Counted from the stretch's first letter, positions 17,671-26,541 are shown. The stretch is DNA of 64,000 bases from Anaerolineales bacterium (GCA_034430395.1 DAOUEQ010000090.1:4781-68780); one strand, 5' to 3'. Made by a program: numbers and translations. Notes: generated from the sequence alone by a model not told the origin.

Positions 17671-18790
17671 TGCAAATTCCCTCGAGTACTTACAGCATCT
17701 CTCCCAACCCGAACATCCGCGGCAATTAGGAGAAGCCAAAGTCAAAGTCCTAGGCCTGGGTGGAGGAGGGTCGAACGCCGTCAATCGTATGATCGAGTTA
17801 GGGGTGATGGGCGTCGAGTTCATCGCCGCCAACACTGACCAGCAAGCACTAGCTTCCAGTCTTGCACCTACCCGCATTCAACTTGGACCACGGATCACTC
17901 GCGGTCTGGGAGCAGGTGGTGACCCAAAGATCGGCGCATCAGCAGCGATGGAAAGCAGCCGTGAGATCGCCGCGGTTCTTGCAGGAGCCGACATGGTCTT
18001 CATCACCGCAGGCATGGGTGGTGGTACAGGAACTGGAGCAGCTCCTGTCGCGGCCGAGATCGCGCGGGAGATCGGCGCAGTTGTTATCGCAGTTGTTACC
18101 ATGCCTTTTAGTTTCGAGATGAGCAAGCGCTCCCAGAATGCCCTGGAAGGTGTCCGTCTAATACAACCGCATACGAATACGCTGATTACCGTGCCAAATG
18201 ATCGCTTGTTGCAAGTCGTTCCCCGGGATCTAAGCCTGGAGGTCGCCTTTCGTATTGCGGATGATGTTCTGCGCCAGGGAGTCCAGGGGATCGCCGAATT
18301 GATCACCCGTCCCGGCTTGATCAACGTAGATTTCGCACATGTGCGCGAGATTATGACCCGCGGAGGTGGCGCCTATATGGCCATCGGGTTAGGGGAAGGT
18401 GAAGAGAAAGCGCCCGCGGCGATTAAGCAAGCGCTGCACCACCCACTGTTAGAGATCGACGGCCTCGATAGCGCCTCGGGTGTTCTCGTGCACTTCACAG
18501 GAGGCGAGGACCTCACGCTCTACGAAGTTGGAGAAGCCGTAAACGAGCTGCGCAATGTGACCACACCTGATATCGACATCATTCTCGGTGCCACGACGGA
18601 TCCAGCGATGACGGGCCGGGCGCAAGTCATTTTAATCTTCACCGGTGTGGGAGGCTGCCCAGTTGCTGCCACACAGGGGATTGATGAAATTGCAATCGCA
18701 TCTTCATCTCAGGTCAAAAGTAATCAGATAGAGGATCTCGACCTACCAACTTTTCTAAGAAGGCGCGCCGCTGTCGGCTCAAGGAGCTAA
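17663..18790 (+). CDS. ftsZ: FtsZ-family tubulin-like GTPase (paralogue outside a dcw cluster)
   Basis: GLGGGGSNAVNRM, ANTD, AGMGGGTGTG, T7 loop GLINVDFAHV, C-terminal peptide DLDLPTFLRR. ATG 17663 with GGAG RBS. Confidence 0.93.
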   Translation: MPDANSLEYLQHLSQPEHPRQLGEAKVKVLGLGGGGSNAVNRMIELGVMGVEFIAANTDQQALASSLAPTRIQLGPRITRGLGAGGDPKIGASAAMESSREIAAVLAGADMVFITAGMGGGTGTGAAPVAAEIAREIGAVVIAVVTMPFSFEMSKRSQNALEGVRLIQPHTNTLITVPNDRLLQVVPRDLSLEVAFRIADDVLRQGVQGIAELITRPGLINVDFAHVREIMTRGGGAYMAIGLGEGEEKAPAAIKQALHHPLLEIDGLDSASGVLVHFTGGEDLTLYEVGEAVNELRNVTTPDIDIILGATTDPAMTGRAQVILIFTGVGGCPVAATQGIDEIAIASSSQVKSNQIEDLDLPTFLRRRAAVGSRS

Positions 18791-18796
18791 CAAACT

Positions 18797-19027
18797 GTGG
18801 ATCAGGCAACGATAAAGAAACTCACCCGCGCCGTCGGGAAAAAGTTCCCCGAGATGGACCGAGTTAGACCTTCGGTAAGCAAGCAAGCCAGCAGGGAGGG
18901 GAATGTACAATTTTTGTTGACCTACAAGGGGAAGGCTGAACTGCCAGGGGGTCGTAAGATCAGCCGCATTGTTCGCGTCGTCGCCGATGAGCGGGGACGG
19001 ATCATAAAGATGAGTACATCAAAATAG
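18797..19027 (+). CDS. 76-aa basic protein homologous to the C-terminal domain of the upstream protease
   Basis: AAGGAG RBS, GTG start; pairwise similarity to the last ~95 aa of 13652..16309 (see findings). Confidence 0.8.
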   Translation: MDQATIKKLTRAVGKKFPEMDRVRPSVSKQASREGNVQFLLTYKGKAELPGGRKISRIVRVVADERGRIIKMSTSK

Positions 19028-19029
19028 CC

Positions 19030-19233
19030 ATGGACGAATATCTGATCAACCTCAACTCGTATGCAAAACTCGCTTTTTGGAAAGTTGCCGCTAGCCTTAC
19101 CGGAGCCGCGGTACGCAACCAACGACTCTTTAACCGCGTCTTATGGGTCGCGCCCATCGTTCTCGCCGCGGTCCTTGCCTATATGTTTGGCAGGTTGTTT
19201 GGCACAATTCTCCTATTGGGATTAGCAGCATAA
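19030..19233 (+). CDS. 67-aa small membrane protein
   Basis: 2 nt after the previous stop; hydrophobic C-terminal half; followed by a terminator. Confidence 0.6.
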   Translation: MDEYLINLNSYAKLAFWKVAASLTGAAVRNQRLFNRVLWVAPIVLAAVLAYMFGRLFGTILLLGLAA

Positions 19234-19256
19234 CTCGCGTACTGTCGTTGCAGGCT

Positions 19257-19292
19257 AAAGTCGCCCAGAGTACAATCCGGGCGACTTTCTGT
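19257..19292 (+). terminator. Intrinsic terminator closing the ftsZ-containing operon
   Basis: Stem AAAGTCGCCC / GGGCGACTTT with 12-nt loop and T-rich tail. Confidence 0.65.
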
Positions 19293-19319
19293 TACTCTTG
19301 AGACACCATCGTTTTAGCC

Positions 19320-20072
19320 ATGCGAAGTCGATTGCCAGTTGTACTCTTTGTTCTTATGATGTTGGTCTGCTTCGCAGCAGGCGCTATTAGCGTGCTCCTT
19401 CAAGGTGAAGAACAAGATAAGAGCCCTCAAAAAACACCTTTCACATCGATTGAAATCGCACCCACCACACCTATCCGCAGTGAAGCCGTCTCCATTCTCG
19501 TGCTGGGAGTAGATGAAATCAAACAGGATAAGCCGGACCTTCTTTCCATCTGGTTCATAAGTTTCCACCCCCCTGATAAAAAGATACGTCTCCTGGGGTT
19601 GCCTTCGGACCTCCTTCTTCCGAACACCGAAATCCCTCTTAGCGAGGCTTTCTCCCTTTGGGAAGCTCCGGATTACGGGGCCGATTTCATCACCGCGATG
19701 GACCACTTCTCCCCTCATCCCATCTTCGGCATTGCCGTTCTAGATGAGGAGGGTTTCAGTGCTTTAATCGATTACCTGGGCGGCTTCTCCCTCGACGATC
19801 AGACATACGATGGCGCTTCAGCGATTGGCACGCTTCGCTTGCTTGAAGACCAACCACTTGTCGCTCTAAAGCTGCAAGCCCAAATCCTGCGCGCACTGAG
19901 CGTGAAAGTTCCGGACCTTGGTGAAACACCCGAGCTCACACAACTCACGCTCCTTCTACCGGAGAACGCGTACACATCCCCTTCACCAGCACAATTGGCG
20001 ACACTCGCCAGCCCCCTGCTCCCGTTGCAGGCGGATCTCATTGAGATCACTATTTTGGAGACCACACCTTGA
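19320..20072 (+). CDS. Degenerate LytR-CpsA-Psr (LCP) family protein
   Basis: N-terminal TM, then SILVLGVD, IRLLGLPSD, GFSALIDYLGG; canonical Arg residues absent. Confidence 0.65.
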   Translation: MRSRLPVVLFVLMMLVCFAAGAISVLLQGEEQDKSPQKTPFTSIEIAPTTPIRSEAVSILVLGVDEIKQDKPDLLSIWFISFHPPDKKIRLLGLPSDLLLPNTEIPLSEAFSLWEAPDYGADFITAMDHFSPHPIFGIAVLDEEGFSALIDYLGGFSLDDQTYDGASAIGTLRLLEDQPLVALKLQAQILRALSVKVPDLGETPELTQLTLLLPENAYTSPSPAQLATLASPLLPLQADLIEITILETTP

Positions 20073-20359
20073 TCCAATTCGTAGAACTCTCTGGAATCCC
20101 TAGTGTATGATTCAAAACAACTCCTATGCCCCTTTCCATATCGAGGATATTACGAATATTAGATAAATCTCTGATCAGGAATTTCTTGCATATTTGCCAG
20201 ACTCCGGCTATTTTATTAGAGTCAAGGTTACTAAACAGAAGAAAACGTAATTCATAAATCAACAAGTCTTCTTCGCGAGAAGTTGAAGGAGGTGAAATTC
20301 CGAGCGGAACCCACGATCCATTAAACGCTGTATCTACAAAAATTCCTAGGAGGAAGAAG

Positions 20360-21154
20360 ATGAAACGTTTAGTCTTACTATCGGTACTCGTTATTGCTGT
20401 GCTTGCTATAGGCGCCTGCGCCCCTGCTGCTGAAGAAGAATGGGTGGTTACAGTCGCCGTTGAAAACCAATACATACCTTTCAACTATCTCAATGGTCAA
20501 ACTGGTGAGCCTGAAGGTTGGGACTATGATGTGTGGGAAGAGATTTGCGTCCGCCTTGGCTGCACCGTCGAATTCGTCGAGGCTTCCTGGGAAGGCATGA
20601 TCCAGGCTGTCGCCGATGGTCAGTGGGACGCTGCCGGCGATGGGATTACGATCACCGATGAGCGCGCGGAAATCGTTGATTTCTCGATTGGTTACATCAG
20701 CCTCGAACAGCGCTTGATTGTACGCACCACGGATGATCGGATTTCCAGCATCGATGATATCGTCGCCGACGAGAGCCTGAAGCTTGGTACGCAGGGTGGC
20801 ACAACGAACTATGAAGTAGCTACAAAGTATCTGCCCGAAGAACGCATTTCTGCTTTCGAGACATTCCCCTTTGCGGTCCAGGCGGTTGTATCAGGTGATA
20901 TAGACGCTGCCATCATCGATGACGTTGCCGGTCAAGGTTATGTGGGTGAGAACTCCGAGGCACTGAAATTGGTTGGCGACTCACTCTCCAGTGACTGGCT
21001 TGGCTTCATCTACCCCAAGGGATCTGAACTTAAGGGTCCAGTTGACGATGTCTTGCGCGAGATGATGGGAGATGGGTTCCTCGATGCGCTGAATTTGAAG
21101 TACTTCGGACCCGATTTCACCATCACATACGATGACATCCAGTTCCCTGAGTAA
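20360..21154 (+). CDS. Polar amino-acid ABC transporter substrate-binding lipoprotein (family 3)
   Basis: Lipobox IGAC, YIPFNY, GWDYDVW, ITITDERAEIVDFS, AVVSGDIDAAIID. Confidence 0.9.
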   Translation: MKRLVLLSVLVIAVLAIGACAPAAEEEWVVTVAVENQYIPFNYLNGQTGEPEGWDYDVWEEICVRLGCTVEFVEASWEGMIQAVADGQWDAAGDGITITDERAEIVDFSIGYISLEQRLIVRTTDDRISSIDDIVADESLKLGTQGGTTNYEVATKYLPEERISAFETFPFAVQAVVSGDIDAAIIDDVAGQGYVGENSEALKLVGDSLSSDWLGFIYPKGSELKGPVDDVLREMMGDGFLDALNLKYFGPDFTITYDDIQFPE

Positions 21155-21224
21155 AAACAGTCGTCGTGAGCGGTGCGTGACTGGAACTTGATGTGACCAG
21201 TACACGCATCGTCTGAGAATAATA

Positions 21225-21256
21225 ACCGGTGTGCAGTGAAACCTCTGCACACCGGT
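21225..21256. other. Perfect 12-bp hairpin between binding-protein and permease genes
   Basis: ACCGGTGTGCAG-TGAAACCT-CTGCACACCGGT. Confidence 0.7.
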
Positions 21257-21281
21257 CTATCACCCAACCCAGGAGCCATAA

Positions 21282-22160
21282 GTGCCTGAACAGCAAGTCG
21301 ATCCCCTTCTCCAGCCCCATCCCGTGATAAAGATTGAGGGGCAGCGTGAACTTAGAAATTGGCGGGCATTCCCATGGTGGTTCGTCGCCCTAATCTCTAT
21401 CGCAGCATTGGCTGCCTACACAATTTACGCGCAAGAAAGTTATCGTGAGGCTTTTCTCTGGATTAAAGCAGGTCTTCAAGTTACCCTAAGTATTTCCCTG
21501 ATTTCATACTTCATCGCGGTTTTTCTAGGCTTAATAACCGGTCTGAGCCGGCTCTCCAAAAATGTATTCCTGAACAACCTGGCACGCCTTTACGTCGAGC
21601 TCATCCGCGGTGTGCCCATGATGGTGCTCATCTTCTTTATCGCCCTTGTGGGTGTGCCAGCAGTAGTTGATGGACTTAACAACCTCGGTCATTGGTTCGG
21701 GCAGCAGGGGATCACCCCTCTCGCCGTGGCATTAACTGCCTTTAGCAACAAATCGTTCCCCATGACGGTCCGCGCCACCGTAGCCTTGTCGGTGACGTAC
21801 GGTGCGTTTATCGCTGAAATATTCCGCGCCGGCATTCAGTCTATCGAGCGTGGACAGATGGAAGCTGCGCGTTCACTGGGCATGAGTTCCGGCCAGGCGA
21901 TGGTTCACATCATCCTGCCCCAGGCTATTCGCAATGTTCTACCGGCTCTCGGTAACGACTTTGTAGCCATGGTGAAAGATTCTTCGCTTGTATCCGTGTT
22001 GGCCGTGCGCGATATCACCCAGATTTCCAGACTATACGCTGGAAGCACCTTCCGTTTCCGCGAAGCCTACATGACACTCTCCGTAATGTACCTGACATTG
22101 ACCGTGGCTCTATCCCTTTTGCTACAGGCTTTTGAAAGGCGGCTTCGTAGAAATGACTAA
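21282..22160 (+). CDS. Amino-acid ABC transporter permease
   Basis: [34 protein letters not shown] (EAA motif), KDSSL. Confidence 0.92.
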   Translation: MPEQQVDPLLQPHPVIKIEGQRELRNWRAFPWWFVALISIAALAAYTIYAQESYREAFLWIKAGLQVTLSISLISYFIAVFLGLITGLSRLSKNVFLNNLARLYVELIRGVPMMVLIFFIALVGVPAVVDGLNNLGHWFGQQGITPLAVALTAFSNKSFPMTVRATVALSVTYGAFIAEIFRAGIQSIERGQMEAARSLGMSSGQAMVHIILPQAIRNVLPALGNDFVAMVKDSSLVSVLAVRDITQISRLYAGSTFRFREAYMTLSVMYLTLTVALSLLLQAFERRLRRND

Positions 22161-22899
22161 TGCTCAACACATCATCGTGGTCGAAGATCTCCACAAGCAT
22201 TTCGATCAGGTACATGCCCTGAACGGCGTCAGCATGAAGGTCGGCCGCGGCAAAGTCGTCGTGATTATCGGCCCCAGTGGATCGGGGAAGTCAACTCTGC
22301 TGCGCTGCATAAATCATCTAGAAATTCCAACTCAGGGGAAAGTATCGATCGATGGCGAACTGCTTACTCCTGATCAGAAGCACCTAAACGAAGTTCGCGC
22401 AGAAATCGGCATGGTTTTCCAGCTTTTCAATCTTTTCCCTCATCTCACGGCGATTGAAAACGTTACCCTTGCGCAAAAGGTTGTGCGCAAACGATCCAAA
22501 GCGGAAGCTGCGGAGATCGCCATGAAACAATTAGAGCGAGTTGGGATTCCGGAAAAAGCAGATGTTTACCCTTCTCAACTCTCTGGCGGTCAACAGCAGC
22601 GGGTGGCGATCGCTCGCTCACTGGCGATGGATCCCAAGATTATGCTCTTCGACGAGCCCACAAGCGCTCTCGACCCGGAGATGATCAAAGAGGTGCTTGA
22701 TGTTATGCTCGATCTCGCCAAGGAAGGCATGACCATGTTGGTCGTTTCGCATGAGATGGGCTTCACCCGTGCCGCTGCAGATGAAATTATATTCATGGAT
22801 GAGGGGCTTATCGTCGAGCACACAACACCACATGATCTTTTCAACAACCCTAGGGAGGAACGAACAAAGCTCTTCCTCTCGCAGATCCTTCAACATTAA
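22153..22899 (+). CDS. Amino-acid ABC transporter ATP-binding protein (GlnQ-like)
   Basis: [41 protein letters not shown]. Confidence 0.93.
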   Translation: MTNAQHIIVVEDLHKHFDQVHALNGVSMKVGRGKVVVIIGPSGSGKSTLLRCINHLEIPTQGKVSIDGELLTPDQKHLNEVRAEIGMVFQLFNLFPHLTAIENVTLAQKVVRKRSKAEAAEIAMKQLERVGIPEKADVYPSQLSGGQQQRVAIARSLAMDPKIMLFDEPTSALDPEMIKEVLDVMLDLAKEGMTMLVVSHEMGFTRAAADEIIFMDEGLIVEHTTPHDLFNNPREERTKLFLSQILQH

Positions 22900-23090
22900 T
22901 CTTGGATGGTCTGGAGATCGTTCAACGCATCTCTGACCTCGTATCAATAGCTGTTGTGCGTCTTTCTTACTTTCTTAAACAGTTTTTTCGCATTGATCAT
23001 TTGTTGGGTTTGCACCAATACAGGTACTGAACAGTGGTGACCTTTTTCATGTTAACGTACAAAGGCCGCCCCATGGCGACCTTTCTTTTG

Positions 23091-23172
23091 TGCGCTGGGC
23101 GGGACTTGAACCCGCACGCCTTGCGGCACATGATCCTCAACCATGCCTGTCTGCCAATTCCAGCACCAGCGC
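23091..23172 (-). tRNA. tRNA-Leu (anticodon GAG), CCA not encoded
   Basis: Reverse strand: acceptor GCGCTGG/CCAGCGC-A, D-loop GGAATTGGCAGAC, anticodon arm CATGG-TTGAGGA-TCATG, long variable arm, T-arm GCGGG-TTCAAGT-CCCGC. Confidence 0.95.
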
Positions 23173-23193
23173 GATTTTAGTTGGAACCGCGGT

Positions 23194-23221
23194 ATTATAG
23201 CCGACACACCATGAATGTCAA
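23194..23221 (-). promoter_or_regulatory. sigma70 promoter of tRNA-Leu
   Basis: TTGACA-16 nt-TATAAT followed by GC-rich discriminator ACCGCGG. Confidence 0.8.
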
Positions 23222-23331
23222 CTTTATGTGTGCGGTCATAGGCATTCCAATCCAGATGGATGCACAAAGTGGATTCAATTTCTTTGCGATGGATATGACC
23301 CAGCACCGGGGTTAGTAAGGAGAAAGTTGCG

Positions 23332-24333
23332 ATGCGAATAGTCCTTGATGCGATGGGAAGCGACACACACCCCGGCCCGGAAGTACACGCCGCGCTCGAA
23401 GCTTATCAACTCTGGGGGGAACCGATCATACTCGTCGGCCCGGAATCTGAATTGGGTGCTCAATTCACCGAACTTGGCGGTGACACGAGCACAGTGGAGA
23501 TTGTCCACGCTCCTGAAGTCTTGAAGATGACGGATAAGCCCGCTAAAACTGCCCGGGGAAAAGCGGAAAATTCGATGGCGGTCGGCATGGACCTGCTCAA
23601 AGATGGAAAAGCCGACGCGTTCGTCACCGCGGGCAACACCGGTGGAGCGATGGCGACAGCCCTTTTTCGGCTCGGCCGCATCCACGGCATAAAACGCCCC
23701 GGCCTCGCTGTTGCATTTCCCGTGCAGGACGGTTATTCCGTGATGCTCGACATCGGCGCGAATACAGATTGCCGACCTGAGTATTTGCTTCAATTCGCCC
23801 TGATGGGATCTGTATATGTATCTCAAGCGTTCGACAAGAAATCCCCGAGAATAGGTCTGCTCTCAAATGGCGAGGAACCCGGAAAAGGCAACATACTTGT
23901 CAAAGAAACATACCCGCTCCTGGAGGCCTCTGGTGTTAACTTCATCGGCAATGTCGAACCAAAGGAAATATTCGCCGGAAAGGTAGACGTTGTGATCGCT
24001 GATGGTTTCGACGGAAATGTGTTTATTAAAACCAGCGAGGCCGTAAGCAAGTTCCTTATCGACATCATCCGTGATCAAATCCGTTCCAGTGCCATCTCAT
24101 CGATCGGAGGCCTGCTTGCCAAACCTGCCTTCACGCATGTGCGCAAGCTTCTTGATCCATCGGAATATGGCGCAGCCCCGCTTTTGGGTGTAAATGGTCT
24201 CGTCTTTATTGGACATGGGCGATCGGATACCAAGGCGCTTGTCAATGCTATCCGCGTCGCCCGTCAGGCTGTCGAAGGTGACGTGTTAGAAGCTGTACAG
24301 TCAGCGATCAGAGAACGCCTGGCTGAGAAATAG
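23332..24333 (+). CDS. plsX: Phosphate acyltransferase PlsX
   Basis: MRIVLDAMGSD, VTAGNTGG, LDIGAN, GNVEP, DGFDGNV, GAAPLLGVNG..GHGRS. Confidence 0.95.
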   Translation: MRIVLDAMGSDTHPGPEVHAALEAYQLWGEPIILVGPESELGAQFTELGGDTSTVEIVHAPEVLKMTDKPAKTARGKAENSMAVGMDLLKDGKADAFVTAGNTGGAMATALFRLGRIHGIKRPGLAVAFPVQDGYSVMLDIGANTDCRPEYLLQFALMGSVYVSQAFDKKSPRIGLLSNGEEPGKGNILVKETYPLLEASGVNFIGNVEPKEIFAGKVDVVIADGFDGNVFIKTSEAVSKFLIDIIRDQIRSSAISSIGGLLAKPAFTHVRKLLDPSEYGAAPLLGVNGLVFIGHGRSDTKALVNAIRVARQAVEGDVLEAVQSAIRERLAEK

Positions 24334-24344
24334 GAGAGCACCTC

Positions 24345-25607
24345 TTGACCAACAACAAAAATACAGACAACACCGTTGTCATCACCGGCGTGGGCATGGT
24401 CACATGTCTGGGATCCGACAGAGAGACTTTCTGGAATTCCATCCTGCGAGGCAAGTCGGGGATACGGAGAATCACTCAATTCGATGCCAGTGACCTGCCA
24501 TGCCAAATAGCGGGAGAGATCCCCGACTTCGATCCCGCTCAATTTATGCCCGCAAAAGAGGCTCGTCGGATATCAAGAAGCTCCCAGATCGGTTTAACAG
24601 CTGCTATCACAGCCATGGATGACGCAAACCTTCCCCAGGAGAGTGCAAAACCCGAACGTGTGGGTGTTTACTTTGGCTCGGCGATTGGAGGGTGGGATCG
24701 AGGCATGGAAGGAGTATATGCGCTTCGGGAGAAGGGGTTGTCCAAGGTTAACCCATTCGTGCTTCCAGCCACTCTTGCGAATATGCCTGCATTCCATGTT
24801 GCCAAATATTTCGGAGCGCATGGACCTAACATCACAATCTCAACCGCCTGTGCCACCGGAACACAAACTGTCGGCGAGGCAGCGCAGGCCATCCAAAACG
24901 GATGGGCAGATGTCATAATCGCCGGAGCCACAGATGCGCTCATTACGGACTACATCATCGGTGGTTTTTCCGCCATGCGTGCCATCCCCACAAGCTTCAA
25001 CGACTCTCCCAAACAAGCTTCGCGACCTTTCGATGAAAAGCGAGAGGGGTTTGTGTATTCAGAGGGATCTGCATGTCTTATTCTCGAGTCACTCGATCAT
25101 GCAAAAAATCGTGGAGCAATGATCTACGCTGAGGTTGCTGGATATGCTTCATCGAGCGATGCTTTTCATATCGCCGCGCCCGATCCCCAAGGAGATGGCG
25201 CAGTGAGGGCGATGAAGCTGTCAATTCTGAACGCCGGGGTTCACACTGAGGAAATTGATTACATTAACGCCCACGGAACTTCCACTCCGGCAAATGACGC
25301 TGCTGAAACCGCCGCAATTAAGAAACTCTTCGGTGACCATGCATACCAGATCCCTATCTCCTCAACGAAATCAATGGTCGGACATGCAATGGGTGCCTCG
25401 GGCGCGATCGAAGCGATCGCGTGTGCATTGACCTTACACAACGACGCAATCCACCCAACCATCAATTACGAAATTCCGGATCCTGAATTGGATCTCGATT
25501 ATGTACCCAACGAGTCCAGACAGGTTCGGGTAAACACAATTCTCTCCAACTCCTTTGGACTCGGGGGGCAGAACGCATGTCTCATACTAAAACGCTGGGA
25601 GCATTAA
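24345..25607 (+). CDS. fabF: 3-oxoacyl-ACP synthase II
   Basis: STACATG (catalytic Cys), YINAHGTST, KSMVGHAMGASG, NSFGLGGQN. Confidence 0.92.
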   Translation: MTNNKNTDNTVVITGVGMVTCLGSDRETFWNSILRGKSGIRRITQFDASDLPCQIAGEIPDFDPAQFMPAKEARRISRSSQIGLTAAITAMDDANLPQESAKPERVGVYFGSAIGGWDRGMEGVYALREKGLSKVNPFVLPATLANMPAFHVAKYFGAHGPNITISTACATGTQTVGEAAQAIQNGWADVIIAGATDALITDYIIGGFSAMRAIPTSFNDSPKQASRPFDEKREGFVYSEGSACLILESLDHAKNRGAMIYAEVAGYASSSDAFHIAAPDPQGDGAVRAMKLSILNAGVHTEEIDYINAHGTSTPANDAAETAAIKKLFGDHAYQIPISSTKSMVGHAMGASGAIEAIACALTLHNDAIHPTINYEIPDPELDLDYVPNESRQVRVNTILSNSFGLGGQNACLILKRWEH

Positions 25608-26306
25608 GTGCAGCTATATCGCAACGAACGTCTTATTAAGTGGAATAAATTCCTGGGCCGATTGATGATGTTCGGCGGGCTGGGGGCATCCTTCGCCGCA
25701 GTGATCATCATCTTCCTCCGACCATCATTTCTCTCTCTCGCTTTCGGTTTGATGCTGTCGGGTGGTCTCTTCTCGCAGCTAGGCACAGCTTTACACAACC
25801 GTTTCGGTCGCAGCCCTCGAATAGATCAAGTTCTAGACGATTCGCTTAAGGGCTTGGGCGAAAACTACGCCTTGTTTCACTATTACTTGGGCACAAATCA
25901 CGCTCTCTTCACCCCTGCAGGTGTATTCGCACTCATACCCAGAAACGAAAAAGGTGAGATCCTATACGAATCGGGGAAATGGATTCACAAACTTGGTAAA
26001 CGCAGGTTCGGTCGGTCCCGAAAAACACTTAGAGACCTTGAGCGAAACGCCGAAACTGAAACGAAGGAGTTGAAGAAAGCGTTAACTAAAAAGCTTCCCA
26101 ACCATTCCGAAACACCCATAAACCCTCTCTTGGTATTCTACGCCAACGATACAACCATCGCCTCAGATGGCTTGCCTATCCCAGCGGCTCATCGAAAGAA
26201 ACTTAAGTCATACATCAGGCGGATAGAACGTCGGAAGTCATTATCCACAGAAGAAATTCATCATCTGGCGAGTACCTTCAAGATTGTCGCTAACAATACG
26301 GATTAG
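25608..26306 (+). CDS. Membrane-anchored NERD-like protein
   Basis: Two N-terminal TM helices; TNHALFTPAGVFAL resembles the NERD IDH..GP.GVFVIE.K motif; GTG abuts the fabF stop. Confidence 0.55.
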   Translation: MQLYRNERLIKWNKFLGRLMMFGGLGASFAAVIIIFLRPSFLSLAFGLMLSGGLFSQLGTALHNRFGRSPRIDQVLDDSLKGLGENYALFHYYLGTNHALFTPAGVFALIPRNEKGEILYESGKWIHKLGKRRFGRSRKTLRDLERNAETETKELKKALTKKLPNHSETPINPLLVFYANDTTIASDGLPIPAAHRKKLKSYIRRIERRKSLSTEEIHHLASTFKIVANNTD

Positions 26307-26323
26307 ATTGATAAATAAAACAA

Positions 26324-26344
26324 GAAACGGGGCAGGCCCGTTTC
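26324..26344 (+). terminator. Hairpin after the plsX-fabF operon
   Basis: GAAACGGG-GCAGG-CCCGTTTC. Confidence 0.55.
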
Positions 26345-26516
26345 CATATCATTAAATCGTAGAGGCCGGCCTATGCGCTGGCCCGTTCTCAATACTCCCT
26401 TACCTGCTTATTCACCAGGTAAGGAAGCAGCGGCGACATGCCCTTCTAAGTAACCCAGAAAAGTTGAAATGAAATCCGTGAGTGCACATATCCCATGGAT
26501 TTTTAGTAAACCTAAA

Positions 26517-26541
26517 GGGCTGCCCCAGAAAAAGGCAGCCC
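26517..26541 (-). terminator. Hairpin after the SPFH gene
   Basis: GGGCTGCC / GGCAGCCC stem, followed by T-rich sequence on the minus strand. Confidence 0.55.

Noticed and set aside
20286-20299. Perfect AAGGAGGTGA Shine-Dalgarno followed by an in-frame ATT upstream of the ABC binding protein
   Set aside because: Spacing is too short, and ATG 20360 has its own AGGAGG and starts a normal lipoprotein signal peptide.
22900-23090. Integrated element or att site at the tRNA-Leu 3' end
   Set aside because: No integrase and no duplicated tRNA 3' fragment seen; flanking genes are housekeeping.
26412-26433. SRP (4.5S) RNA gene
   Set aside because: Lacks the 3-bp stem and GNRA tetraloop between CAGG and AGCA, and the flanks do not pair as helix 8; kept only as a low-interest structured element.
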